A stretch of DNA of 64,000 nt from Parcubacteria group bacterium (GCA_028286615.1 JAQBRG010000004.1:111867-175866), one strand, 5' to 3'. Positions 9,459-19,303 are shown, counted from the first letter of the stretch. Translations and numbers: made by a program. The notes: generated by a model from the letters alone, not told the origin.

Positions 9459-10067
9459 CTATTTAACTTTGTAGACCTGGTCTACGATGCCGTATTTCTT
9501 TGCCTCCTCAGCTGTTAGGAAGAAGTCTCGATCTACATCACGTTCTATCTTCTCAAGAGGCTGGCCAGACTGCTTTGCGAGGATCTTGTTCAAACGATCG
9601 CGAAGAGAAAGGATACGCTTGGCACTAATTTCAATGTCTGTTGCCTGTCCTTCAGCTCCGCCGTGTGGCTGGTGGATCATGATGTCTGCATTTGGAAGAG
9701 CGAAACGCTTTCCTTTAGCTCCTGAAGCAAGAATGATAGAGCCCATAGATGCGGCCATACCAACTGCAACCGTAGCAACGTCTGGCTTCACGTGGTTCAT
9801 GGCGTCAACAATAGCGAGGCCTGAGTGTACGTGGCCACCCGGGGAGTTAACGTAAAGGTAGATATCTTTCTTCGGGTCCTCAGACTCAAGGAAAAGAAGC
9901 TGGGAGATGATGAGGTTGGCAACATCGTCATCAATACCGCCGCCAAGAAAGACGATACGGTCTTTAAGAAGTCGAGAGTATATGTCGTATCCTCGCTCTC
10001 CGAACTGGGACTTTTCTATAACCATTGGCACAAGCATGGAAGCGGAAGGGATTTTTGAGTTTTTCAT
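9459..10067 (-). CDS. clpP: ATP-dependent Clp protease proteolytic subunit
   Basis: [34 protein letters not shown]. Confidence 0.96.
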   Translation of the reverse strand: MKNSKIPSASMLVPMVIEKSQFGERGYDIYSRLLKDRIVFLGGGIDDDVANLIISQLLFLESEDPKKDIYLYVNSPGGHVHSGLAIVDAMNHVKPDVATVAVGMAASMGSIILASGAKGKRFALPNADIMIHQPHGGAEGQATDIEISAKRILSLRDRLNKILAKQSGQPLEKIERDVDRDFFLTAEEAKKYGIVDQVYKVK

Positions 10068-10158
10068 AAGCAAAGCGTTAGTAGAGGCATGGTAGCAGAA
10101 ATGGCAACAAAGGAAAAACCGCGATGTCTCCATCGCGATTTATCAAAGTATATCTAGC

Positions 10159-10533
10159 TTAGGCCGAGATCTCGCGGGAGCGTTCGGTCATAACGCGTTT
10201 GCGTTCATACTGTTGCCCGAGCTCAAAGAATATATGCCCGATTCCTTCCGCCAGCTCACGCACACCCTGGCTAGATTCACTGGTTGACCAGTACAATCCA
10301 ATCGCGCTTTGGACGCATCTTTTTTCAGTGTAGCCGGATCCCTTACGCATAGCTTCAATTAAAGACACCACTGCGCAAACTTCCCGGCATTCTTCAGCTG
10401 CTTCTTCATGAATCTCTTCGAGAGTGAGGTCGTCGTGCAGCATGCACGTCAAAGGAACACTGACGGGTTCAGTAGATCGGTATATAACCAGATTCAAATT
10501 CGGCAGAGCAATTTTATTTCGGCTACCAGCCAT
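10159..10533 (-). CDS. Hypothetical protein (SD-led orphan cassette)
   Basis: AGAGGAG before ATG 10533; TTGACC-type promoter upstream. Confidence 0.6.
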   Translation of the reverse strand: MAGSRNKIALPNLNLVIYRSTEPVSVPLTCMLHDDLTLEEIHEEAAEECREVCAVVSLIEAMRKGSGYTEKRCVQSAIGLYWSTSESSQGVRELAEGIGHIFFELGQQYERKRVMTERSREISA

Positions 10534-10595
10534 GGGAATCTCTCCTCTTTCTCGCAAAACCTTACGCTTTTAACTAATGAGGGTCAATCACGTGA

Positions 10596-10823
10596 TTAGA
10601 TTGGATACGTTGAAGTTGCTCTCGCGTTAACCGTAGTGTCTTCTTCCCCTGTATCTGTTTGAGTATCTTCGGTCTGCGTCACCGGGATAACCTCAGTATT
10701 TTCAGTTGCTCGCTTATGCCACATGTACGCTGCACCCGCGACTATAACAATAAGGAGTACTACGATACTCAGTACGCTTCCGTATGAAGTGCGAACAACT
10801 GGGGCTTCGGGGTTCTGGTCCAT
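10596..10823 (-). CDS. Small single-pass membrane protein
   Basis: SYGSVLSIVVLLIVIVAGAAYMW TM helix plus acidic/Thr tail; no SD. Confidence 0.65.
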   Translation of the reverse strand: MDQNPEAPVVRTSYGSVLSIVVLLIVIVAGAAYMWHKRATENTEVIPVTQTEDTQTDTGEEDTTVNARATSTYPI

Positions 10824-10892
10824 GTAAATTACGTTAGTACGCTAAGTATAGTTTGAAGGTACGGTATTACAGCTGTGGACATGATGAAGAAA

Positions 10893-10924
10893 ACAAAAGA
10901 CCCCGCAGATGCGGGGTCTTTTGT
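10893..10924. terminator. Intrinsic terminator after ppa
   Basis: acaaaagaccccgc-agat-gcggggtcttttgt. Confidence 0.8.
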
Positions 10925-10936
10925 GTAAGACGTAAA

Positions 10937-11458
10937 TTAACTCTTCTTGTCGGTGTAGAGCTGGCAGGCGCGTGTAAACGCTTCTTCTGCATCAGCTTTT
11001 CCCTTGAAGTCTCCAAGAGATACTTCCTTCCCCTGAAGCTGTTTATAGGTTGAGAAGAAGTGCGCGATTTCTTTAAGCTGATGCTTGTTGAGATCGGCCA
11101 GATCTTTGATGTCTGCGAAACGAGGATCGTCAGCAGGAACAGCAATTATCTTTTCGTCTGCCTCGCCGCCATCAACCATGGGGAGAATGGCAACAGGACG
11201 AGCACGTACGAGGATGCCTGGGATAAGAGGGTAGGTAGTGAGTACTACTACATCAAGCGCATCGCCATCATCCCAAAGTGTCTGCGGTACGAAACCGTAG
11301 TCGAAAGGATAATCCTGCGCGCTGTGCATCACGCGATCAAGCGCAATGAGCCCAGTCTCTTTATCAATCTCATACTTATTCTTAGAACCTTTAGGAATCT
11401 CGATGATTACGTTCATCTCTTCCTTCGAACCTGGGTGAATGTCGTGAAGAAGGTTCAT
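10937..11458 (-). CDS. ppa: Inorganic pyrophosphatase (family I)
   Basis: EIPKGSKNKYEIDKE, YGFVPQTLWDDGDALDV. Confidence 0.96.
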   Translation of the reverse strand: MNLLHDIHPGSKEEMNVIIEIPKGSKNKYEIDKETGLIALDRVMHSAQDYPFDYGFVPQTLWDDGDALDVVVLTTYPLIPGILVRARPVAILPMVDGGEADEKIIAVPADDPRFADIKDLADLNKHQLKEIAHFFSTYKQLQGKEVSLGDFKGKADAEEAFTRACQLYTDKKS

Positions 11459-11463
11459 GCGGG

Positions 11464-12885
11464 TTACGCGTTATCGCTAATAGTTTCAGAAGACTCGTCG
11501 CGTGCCTCTTCAGCATCGCTAACTGAACCGTTGTCGGTCATCTTGGTCTCTTCCTCCATAGTAAGGGATGAGCCAGACGGATCTTCTTCTGTAACAACAG
11601 ATTCGGTCTCAGTTGGATCGATTCCTGCAGCAACTGCTGGGTCCATGTCTTCAGTACTGTCGGCTTCTGCAACTGATTCGTCTGAGGCTCCAGCTGGAGT
11701 TTCAGAAACCGTTACGCCTTCGCCATTAGATTCGGCAACGCTTTTGCCGCCAACTGATTCGATGTCAATGTTCCAGCCCGTGAGCTTGGCTGCAAGACGA
11801 ACGTTCTGCCCTCCGCGACCAATAGCGAGAGACTGCTGGTCTTCGGTAACAGTAACGGTTGCGCGATGATTCTCTTCGTCGAGCTTAACTTCAACGATAG
11901 TAGCGGGAGAGAGAGACTCCTTAACGAATGCGGTCTGGTCTTCAGACCATTCGATAATATCGATACGCTCTCCGCCAAGTGCTGCCATAACAGTAGAAAC
12001 ACGAACTCCGCGCTGGCCAACGAGTGAACCAACCGGATCTACGTGCGGATCGTTTGAAGCAATAGCAATCTTGGTGCGGCTACCCGGTTCGCGAGCAATA
12101 CCCTTAACCTCGATGCTTCCTGCAGCAAGTTCAGGCACTTCCATCTCAAAGAGACGAACGAGGAAGCGGGGGTGTGAACGGGAAAGACGGAGGTATACGC
12201 CACGGAATCCCTCATCAACCGCATAGAGGTATGCGCTAACGCGTTCTCCTGGACGGTATCGCTCTCCTGGAATCTGTTCCTCGTAAGGAATGATGCCGGT
12301 TGCGCGTCCGAGGTCGAGGAATATAGAACCGCGTTCAACGCGCTGGACGATACCCGTAACAACCTCGCCCTTCTTGTGGCCGAATTCGTCGAGGATAGAA
12401 AGCTTTTCAGCTTCGCGTATCTTCTGGATAACAACCTGCTTTGCAGTCTGTGCTGCAATGCGACCGAAGTCGTCCTGTGGCTCAAGAGGGAAGATCATCT
12501 CTTCTCCAACCTCAATACCACGCTTGATGCGCTTAGCGTCGTCTATAAGCATGTGCTTTTCAGCGTCAAAGCGAGGGAGCTCGCCTTCAGCAACTACTTC
12601 CTCATGCTCGTGCTGAGGGAAGTGCGGGTGCGGTACTTCTGCTTCCACCTCTCCTTCTTCAGGGAAACGGACCATAGTGTCGTCCACAACAAGCTTTACC
12701 TGCTCGAAAGCTACGGTGCCTGAGTTCATATCAAGCTTGCCGCGAACAACCTGTCCACGCTTTCCGTATTCCTTCTTGTAGGCAGTTGCCATTGCCTGCT
12801 CTATTGCGTCTACCATCACCTCCTTAGAGATGCCGCGCTCCTCGAACTCTCCGAGCACTAGATTTATTGTTTTGAGATCCAACAT
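11464..12885 (-). CDS. nusA: Transcription termination factor NusA with acidic C-terminal tail
   Basis: FGRIAAQTAKQV, AREPGSRTKIA, SLAIGRGGQNVRLAAKLTGWNIDI. Confidence 0.97.
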   Translation of the reverse strand: MLDLKTINLVLGEFEERGISKEVMVDAIEQAMATAYKKEYGKRGQVVRGKLDMNSGTVAFEQVKLVVDDTMVRFPEEGEVEAEVPHPHFPQHEHEEVVAEGELPRFDAEKHMLIDDAKRIKRGIEVGEEMIFPLEPQDDFGRIAAQTAKQVVIQKIREAEKLSILDEFGHKKGEVVTGIVQRVERGSIFLDLGRATGIIPYEEQIPGERYRPGERVSAYLYAVDEGFRGVYLRLSRSHPRFLVRLFEMEVPELAAGSIEVKGIAREPGSRTKIAIASNDPHVDPVGSLVGQRGVRVSTVMAALGGERIDIIEWSEDQTAFVKESLSPATIVEVKLDEENHRATVTVTEDQQSLAIGRGGQNVRLAAKLTGWNIDIESVGGKSVAESNGEGVTVSETPAGASDESVAEADSTEDMDPAVAAGIDPTETESVVTEEDPSGSSLTMEEETKMTDNGSVSDAEEARDESSETISDNA

Positions 12886-13082
12886 ACCTTTCTGTATTTA
12901 ATTGTGCGCACCTTTATATATGTAAGGAAATAGCTTCCTTAAAAAGAAAGGTCCGCGGGTGCGGACATTTCAGATAGATAAAACATACCATATATAGGTA
13001 TGTTGCGTCAATGCGAGGAGGAGAGTAAGGTTGCCGGTAGATAGGGTATTGTCCCACAGTCAATTGAATACAGGAGGACGAC

Positions 13083-13715
13083 ATGGAAGTCGCTCAAGAA
13101 ACAGTCCGTCAGCCTACCGCTCGGGCTATCTCCAAGATGAAAACAAAGGAAGGGGTCTTACGGGCAGCCCGCGAGCTCTTCAGTACGCAGGAATACGAAA
13201 GCGTAACCACTCGAGGTGTCGCCGAAAAAGCCGGCATGAGCACGGGGGCCATGTTCGCAAACTTCGAAAACAAGGCCGACCTGTTTGCTGCCGTTCTCGG
13301 GCAGGCTGTCGAAGAGCGCAGAAAGCTTATCGAAATCTCAATGGAGGAGGCGGAAGATTCTGCGGAGGAAGCACTGCTTGCCATTTTTTCCGCAGCCTAT
13401 ACCTTCCATTACGAGCAACGTACTCTATCGAGTTCTTTGATGGCCGCTTTGTGGATGCGGTATCCTGACGAAGTTTTGGCTCGCGCTACTTCCGAGATGC
13501 GCAAACAAGACAGCTTGTTTATCCATCAGGCTCTTTGGAAGGGTGCGGAGAAGGGGAAATTCCATGCCAAGCTCGCCTTGGACATGGATCTTGTTGCAGA
13601 CACTCTGCACGCACTTCTCTTATCTCAACAGTTTCTGTGTATGGCAGGGCACACCCTAGCAATCCATAAGGTGCACGCTCAGATAAAGTTGGTGCTCGGA
13701 ACATTGAGCAAGTAA
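13083..13715 (+). CDS. TetR/AcrR-family regulator (SD-led cassette)
   Basis: VLRAARELF..YESVTTRGVAEKAGMSTGAMFANFENKADLF; AGGAGG SD. Confidence 0.9.
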   Translation: MEVAQETVRQPTARAISKMKTKEGVLRAARELFSTQEYESVTTRGVAEKAGMSTGAMFANFENKADLFAAVLGQAVEERRKLIEISMEEAEDSAEEALLAIFSAAYTFHYEQRTLSSSLMAALWMRYPDEVLARATSEMRKQDSLFIHQALWKGAEKGKFHAKLALDMDLVADTLHALLLSQQFLCMAGHTLAIHKVHAQIKLVLGTLSK

Positions 13716-13740
13716 GACATCTGGCATTAATGTAAGAAAT

Positions 13741-13773
13741 AGGCGCGCTACGAGATACTCGTAGCGCGCCTTT
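13741..13773 (+). terminator. Intrinsic terminator
   Basis: aggcgcgctacgag-ata-ctcgtagcgcgcct-tt. Confidence 0.75.
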
Positions 13774-13894
13774 ATTGACAATATAATTTAATACTGTACT
13801 CTGTCGTCAGTATCTAGCCACGTGGCTTACATCACCTCCACCTGAGGCGATCTACGATCTTTGTAATCGTCTCAAACCCAAAAAGGGAAAGAAA

Positions 13895-14347
13895 ATGAAC
13901 GAACGCATGCTTGGTCTTCCGAACGGCCGCAACCTGAGTAGCGAGCAGCGCGTTCGGCGCTCACTCATCGACCAGCTGCTTCGCTGGGGGATGCTCGGCG
14001 CGGTCGGGGTCTGTCTGGTGTTGATGGTCCACGCCGAATACAGATATCACCACCAACCCCTCCAACATTTGGCCATCAGTCACGATGGAAATCTGATCGA
14101 TGTGCCGGCAGGCCCTTACCAAACTGGCATCTATCGCGCGTTTCAAATCGCCAAAGACGCCAAGCGGCCGGTCTGTTTCGGTGGTGACATCCGTTACTTC
14201 TGCAACAAGGACTACGCACTATTCCAGCATCTCTGGGCCTATCATGACGCAATCTCAGTCAATGTTCCTGTCCGCGCCGGCGAGGAATTCACCCGCGACC
14301 GGCACGGCGTCTGGCACGATGGCCCACCCTCGCGCCTTCCGAAGTAG
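13895..14347 (+). CDS. Hypothetical single-TM protein (SD-led cassette)
   Basis: TTGACA at 13775; AAGGGA upstream; TM WGMLGAVGVCLVLMV; terminator 14373-14410. Confidence 0.65.
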   Translation: MNERMLGLPNGRNLSSEQRVRRSLIDQLLRWGMLGAVGVCLVLMVHAEYRYHHQPLQHLAISHDGNLIDVPAGPYQTGIYRAFQIAKDAKRPVCFGGDIRYFCNKDYALFQHLWAYHDAISVNVPVRAGEEFTRDRHGVWHDGPPSRLPK

Positions 14348-14430
14348 CCACCCGCGGGTCGTGTTTTGAGACGAAGCGCCCACCGAACCTAACTCGGTGG
14401 GCGTCTTCTTATTTACATACCGTGAGATAT

Positions 14431-14458
14431 TTGACAAATACAGTATTTACCCTATAAT
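14431..14458 (+). promoter_or_regulatory. Consensus sigma70 promoter
   Basis: TTGACA-N16-TATAAT. Confidence 0.75.
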
Positions 14459-14507
14459 CTACGCAGCACCATTCACATCCACAAGACTCAATCGAAGGGG
14501 TACGAAT

Positions 14508-15581
14508 ATGAGTTCCTTGAGAGTTAATCGTCGTTTTTTGCTTGCCACTGCACTCGGTTCGACTGCAGTGGTTGTTGGCGGCGCGGCTCTCATGTTGAGA
14601 AACCACGCCCCGACTCTGGAACAACCGAGCGCCAGCTCTGAATACCCGATGGGGAAACTCGCTGGTCGGAACATCGGGAGCCTCTACGCCATCTACATCG
14701 GCTACGAGGGCAAGATCCCGTCCAGACTTAAGATCAACTGGCCGCAACGCATGGAATACATGTGGACCGCTAAGGTCACCAACTCGCATAACAACCGAGT
14801 GGTGCGCCAGACGCGAGACAAGTTGCTGCCTGAGTTTGCGCACGGGGAACCCAAGCGCATGTCGCTCGCCGCCTATCTCAAGGTGGCGGACGGCCAAGCC
14901 GATCTTCTGCATAAGAAGCTCGACTGGGACAAGGTCGGCAGCATGTACTTCACCCGTCAGGGGAAGGTCAACAAGCGCAAGCAACGCCTCCTCAAGAATG
15001 TCGCAGGGCAGGTTCGGGGGAACGAGTTGATCGCCTACGCTCTGACCGAGCTCATGCCCGGTCAGAATGACGGCGCCTTCAACCGCGACTTCCTCGACTT
15101 CCTGCTTCGGCAAGGAGGAAGGGAATTCGTTGAACGCATTCCTGCGCTCTACGACGACCGCACGTCGTTCGGCACCTACCAATTCACCTCGTTCGCTCTC
15201 TACGACGTTCCGGGTGAAAGGCGCGGCGCTTCGAATGTGAACCAGGCGTTGCCTCCGATGTATCGGATTCCCGGGAGCGTGATGCTTCTCCGGGAGAACG
15301 ATCACTTCAAGGCGGCCTATCTGTTCGCCGTGCACAACCTGGCGGTTGCTATCGCCAGACTGGACGACAAGCAGGTGCACACCTTCGAACGCAATCGTCG
15401 GCAGAAGGTGGATTCCATCGTGGAGTTCATCGCCGTCGCGCACCACGGCCCTGCCGCCGCTTACAATGCTTGCGGACGCTGGCTCGACAACAAAGCCAAG
15501 CAACCCTTCAGGAACTCCTGCTCGGGTCGCTATCGCACCTACGCAAACAAGACGGCGAATAACTACAAAGCTTTGGCGTAA
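14508..15581 (+). CDS. Putative exported lysozyme/lytic-transglycosylase-like protein with twin-arginine-like signal
   Basis: NRRFLLATALG + hydrophobic stretch; ALTELMP...SFGTYQFT...AVAHHGP; AAGGGG SD; terminator 15594-15634. Confidence 0.55.
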   Translation: MSSLRVNRRFLLATALGSTAVVVGGAALMLRNHAPTLEQPSASSEYPMGKLAGRNIGSLYAIYIGYEGKIPSRLKINWPQRMEYMWTAKVTNSHNNRVVRQTRDKLLPEFAHGEPKRMSLAAYLKVADGQADLLHKKLDWDKVGSMYFTRQGKVNKRKQRLLKNVAGQVRGNELIAYALTELMPGQNDGAFNRDFLDFLLRQGGREFVERIPALYDDRTSFGTYQFTSFALYDVPGERRGASNVNQALPPMYRIPGSVMLLRENDHFKAAYLFAVHNLAVAIARLDDKQVHTFERNRRQKVDSIVEFIAVAHHGPAAAYNACGRWLDNKAKQPFRNSCSGRYRTYANKTANNYKALA

Positions 15582-15653
15582 ATGCCACAAACTAAAAACA
15601 CCCGAGTTGGTCCTGCCAATTCGGGTGTCTTTTTATATACACTAGTCTCTATT

Positions 15654-15944
15654 TCATGCAGCCTCTCTAATTTCCTCCCCTGGAGCGATGGAGTTGAGGA
15701 TTTCAAGCGCTTCTTCTGTAGACTTTCCCTCACACGAAAGTACCTTTTCGGGATCTGCGGCGAATAGCGTACGAAGTTTGTCGTGCGCCTCGTTAGAATC
15801 ATGCGCGCTGATTACGCCGGAAGCGCCTGCATCTTTGAGTAGTACGTAATAAAGAGGATCGCCGCTAGTAAGTCGGACAGACTCGGGGGTGGGTTTAGCC
15901 TCCGAAGAAGGACCTTTAGCAAAGACATTTTCGTGTGAGTTCAT
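15654..15944 (-). CDS. Hypothetical protein
   Basis: TACAAT shortly before ATG; 96 aa; no SD. Confidence 0.6.
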   Translation of the reverse strand: MNSHENVFAKGPSSEAKPTPESVRLTSGDPLYYVLLKDAGASGVISAHDSNEAHDKLRTLFAADPEKVLSCEGKSTEEALEILNSIAPGEEIREAA

Positions 15945-16093
15945 ATATATAAATTGTACTGCATGTTTCCGTGTCTATAAACAGGAGGCAGGAGAGGGTT
16001 ATTGCCTTGACGATATGAGTTTTCTTAGTATAGTTGCGACAGTACCAATAGATTTTTGACTTCAACCTACTGCTCCCTGAGGAGGGCTAACGT

Positions 16094-16882
16094 ATGAACC
16101 GTACGCAATGGACTACCAGGCACGTCGTTATCGGCGTGGTTGGCGCAGGCGCGCTTCTCGTCGCAGGAATCATGCTGTTCGGCCCGAAGGCTTCGGCCAG
16201 GGTCGACGTGGTCGAGGGGATCAAACCCGTCTCCACGCAGATGCTCGGCATCGCCGGCACCATCGACGACATGGCCAAGCTTCCGGTGGCGGAACGTGGC
16301 GCCTATCTCGAGCGCAACTGGCCGCATCTCTCGGAGGACATGGTTTTCTTCCTCCAGCGGCGCGGCAAGATCGCTCCGGGTGTCGAACCCACGAAGGTCG
16401 AGTTCTACTTCGGCTCGATGGACAAGGTGCTCGCCGAGAATGGCGACGGCGGCCGGCAACGTGGCTACTTCGCGAACCAACTGGTCGCCGTGGTGACAGT
16501 TCCGGGCCAAAAGGATCCCATCAAGGTCCTGGTCCAATGCACCAACGGCACCTTCGCGCTCGTCGAAGACCTGCGCAAGCTGCAGGCCGTCGGCGAGCAC
16601 ACTCCGCAAATGCGCTTCACTCTGGGCGCAGGCGAGGGGTTCACGCGTCACCTCGACTACCCGGCGGCGATCCAGCTCGCTCAAGATCTGGGCAAGCCGC
16701 TCTTCCGCACCGGGCGTATGACTCCGGAGAACCGGATCACTCCGGATCAAGCGCGGGCCCTCGAGAGCAGCCTGGACTGGGTGCAGGTTACCGTCGGCAA
16801 CGTCTTCCAAGGCGACAAGGTCGACCTGATCGCCGGCACCTACACTCCGGTCAACGGCCAGGTGATCCGCTTCCATCACTAA
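16094..16882 (+). CDS. Hypothetical membrane-anchored/exported protein, GC-rich (SD-led cassette)
   Basis: TTGACG..TATAGT promoter, AGGAGG SD, N-term hydrophobic helix, terminator about 16910-16945. Confidence 0.75.
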   Translation: MNRTQWTTRHVVIGVVGAGALLVAGIMLFGPKASARVDVVEGIKPVSTQMLGIAGTIDDMAKLPVAERGAYLERNWPHLSEDMVFFLQRRGKIAPGVEPTKVEFYFGSMDKVLAENGDGGRQRGYFANQLVAVVTVPGQKDPIKVLVQCTNGTFALVEDLRKLQAVGEHTPQMRFTLGAGEGFTRHLDYPAAIQLAQDLGKPLFRTGRMTPENRITPDQARALESSLDWVQVTVGNVFQGDKVDLIAGTYTPVNGQVIRFHH

Positions 16883-17014
16883 GCTTCAAGACCTCGATTT
16901 TTTCGAGGCAACGCTCGTCGATTCATTTCGATGAGCGTTTTTCTTTTCCCCGCACACACAAATACGCGCACATGCCTTTGGTACGCGCGCGTTATACTTT
17001 GAATAAACAACGGC

Positions 17015-18766
17015 ATGCAAGTATCTGAAAGCGAACTAAAAGAATTCATTCTCGATTCGGGACTCGTGTCTCGAAAGGATGTTGAAGATGCCGATGACGA
17101 GGCAAAGAAAAAGAAACAGTCTATTGGAGACATTCTTGTATCTCGCGGTACTCTTTCTCCTGACGCGCTCAGGCGTATTAAGGCATACGTGCTCGGTATT
17201 CCTTTCGTTAACCTGAAGGACAAGAAGATTCCTCTAGATGTTCTTTCCCTTATCCCTGAACCAATTGCTCGCACGCACAGTATCGTTGCGTTTAAGAAGG
17301 AAGGAGACAATCTTGAGGTTGCCATGCTTGATACCGAAGATCTTCCGGCTATAGACTCGGTACGAAAGACTACAGGACTTAAGATCCTTGCTCGCCTGAC
17401 GGATGACGAATCTCTCAAACACATTCTTCTTCAGTACCAGAAGTCTCTCAAGGAAGAATTTGGAGACCTCATAACAACAGAAGCAGGGAAGATTAACGTT
17501 ATCAAAGACGAAGAAGGGCAGGAGATTTCAGGAGACGATCTTAAGAAGATGGCAGAAGACCTGCCAATTGTGCGTATTGTTGATACGTTGCTGCGCCACG
17601 CCATTATCCAGAAGGCTTCCGACATTCATGTGGAGCATATGGAGAACGAGGTGTTGGTTCGCTACCGCATAGACGGTGTGCTACATGACGCCATGACTCT
17701 GCCACGCTCTGCAGCCGCCGGTATAACCGCACGTATAAAGGTGCTCGCGAACCTGAAGCTCGACGAGAAGCGTCTTCCGCAGGATGGACGATTCAAGATG
17801 GAGACTGAAGCCGACAAGGTCTCATTCCGTGTATCGCTTCTCCCAACCTATTACGGAGAGAAGATCGTTATGCGTCTCCTTCGCGAAACAGGAGAGGGCT
17901 TTACGCTTGATGTCCTTGGCTTCCATGGAAGTTCTCTTGAGCGCATACACCAGTCCATGAAGCAGACGACGGGTATTCTTCTCATCTCAGGACCTACTGG
18001 TTCCGGAAAGACCACAACGCTCTACACCATTCTCGATATTCTTAATACGCCCGACGTTAACATTTCAACGGTTGAAGATCCTATCGAGTACCAGATGAAG
18101 CGCGTTAACCAAACACAGGTTAATCCTGCTATTGGTTTTACATTCGCTAACGGTCTCCGTGCACTCCTTCGCCAGGACCCGAACATCATCATGGTTGGAG
18201 AGATTCGAGATAGCGAGACCGCATCGCTCGCTATTAACGCTGCTCTTACGGGACACCTCGTGCTCTCAACTATTCACACCAACTCAGCAGCCGGTGCTAT
18301 TCCTCGCCTTATGGATATGGGTGTTGAACCGTTCCTTCTCGTCTCAACCCTTCGTATGGTTATGGGACAGCGCCTTGTGCGCAGACTTTGCGATGGACAT
18401 GAGGAATATACGCTTGATAAGACAGAGCGTTCCAAGGTAGCGAGTGAAGATAAGTTTGAAGCAGCTCTTGCAGCTCTTGCTGAAGAGAAGCTTGTTAAGG
18501 CCGGAACAAAGCTAGACAATCTTCCTTTCCATAAAGCGATGCCTTCTGCTGAGTGTGAAGACGGATACGCAGGACGTATTGGTATCCATGAGATTCTTAC
18601 CGTTTCTCCTGCTATTCGCGACCTTATTCTGCACAACGCTCCACCGGATGCTATTGAAGCGCAGGCTCGCAAAGAGAATATGCTTACAATGCTTGAAGAC
18701 GGTATTTATAAAGCATCACGTGGCATTACAAGTCTTGAAGAGGTGTTGAGGGCAGTTTCGGAATAA
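17015..18766 (+). CDS. pilB: Type IV pilus assembly ATPase (PilB/GspE)
   Basis: ASDIHVE, RLPQDGRF, GPTGSGKTTTLY, LRQDPNIIMVGEIRD, TGHLVLSTIHTN. Confidence 0.93.
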   Translation: MQVSESELKEFILDSGLVSRKDVEDADDEAKKKKQSIGDILVSRGTLSPDALRRIKAYVLGIPFVNLKDKKIPLDVLSLIPEPIARTHSIVAFKKEGDNLEVAMLDTEDLPAIDSVRKTTGLKILARLTDDESLKHILLQYQKSLKEEFGDLITTEAGKINVIKDEEGQEISGDDLKKMAEDLPIVRIVDTLLRHAIIQKASDIHVEHMENEVLVRYRIDGVLHDAMTLPRSAAAGITARIKVLANLKLDEKRLPQDGRFKMETEADKVSFRVSLLPTYYGEKIVMRLLRETGEGFTLDVLGFHGSSLERIHQSMKQTTGILLISGPTGSGKTTTLYTILDILNTPDVNISTVEDPIEYQMKRVNQTQVNPAIGFTFANGLRALLRQDPNIIMVGEIRDSETASLAINAALTGHLVLSTIHTNSAAGAIPRLMDMGVEPFLLVSTLRMVMGQRLVRRLCDGHEEYTLDKTERSKVASEDKFEAALAALAEEKLVKAGTKLDNLPFHKAMPSAECEDGYAGRIGIHEILTVSPAIRDLILHNAPPDAIEAQARKENMLTMLEDGIYKASRGITSLEEVLRAVSE

Positions 18767-18840
18767 GATTGATTTAAATAACAGCTTGTGGTGTAGTCAT
18801 GGGCAGAGCCGGCTTTTCCCGGTACCAATGAGGGTTACTC

Positions 18841-19230
18841 ATGCCCGTAGAGTTCATGCCCGCCCTGAACAGGTGGATACGCAGATTCTTGTTCGCCATT
18901 GTTGTTGGAGTCGCGGTATTCATCTATATGCTGCGGTTTATGCCTGATGATTTTTTCGCTCCTACCCAGGGCAACGAGATGGTTACGGTCGTCATGGTGC
19001 CTGTTTTTGCCGCAGCGTTCGCGTTTTTGGGATATCGAAGCCCTGTTGTAACTGGCGTGGGCTGCTTGCTCTTCGCGGGAATATTTTGGGTACTTGCCTG
19101 GACTACTCCTTCGCCAGCAACAAACGAGTTTCAGGTTGCGCATGTGATAACGCTGATGTGCATTGCGGGCCCCATCTGCGCAGGTGCGTGGTTGGTCAAG
19201 GCCGGCTGGAAACTCTCTCGTGGTCGGTAA
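18841..19230 (+). CDS. Small multi-pass membrane protein (SD-led cassette between pilB and pilC)
   Basis: About 4 hydrophobic helices; GAGGG SD; terminator 19252-19284. Confidence 0.65.
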   Translation: MPVEFMPALNRWIRRFLFAIVVGVAVFIYMLRFMPDDFFAPTQGNEMVTVVMVPVFAAAFAFLGYRSPVVTGVGCLLFAGIFWVLAWTTPSPATNEFQVAHVITLMCIAGPICAGAWLVKAGWKLSRGR

Positions 19231-19303
19231 TTGCCATTACGTGCGCACCTTAACCCGCAGCTCTTCAAACGGCTGCGGGTTTTTGCATGCTACGATTATC
19301 CCA

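Noticed and set aside
12886-12893. AAAGG directly before the nusA ATG as an SD
   Set aside because: Only 1 nt from the start codon, too close for SD function.
14409-15590. 393-aa minus-strand ORF
   Set aside because: Antisense shadow of a GC3-rich gene; promoter, SD and signal peptide support the plus strand.
13083-16945. Prophage or genomic island
   Set aside because: No phage structural, integrase or replication genes and no att repeats; the genes are separately terminated.
16067-17028. Overlapping long ORFs 16067-16879 (-) and 16108-17028 (+)
   Set aside because: Stop-poor alternative frames typical of high-GC genes; Arg-rich composition and no start signals.
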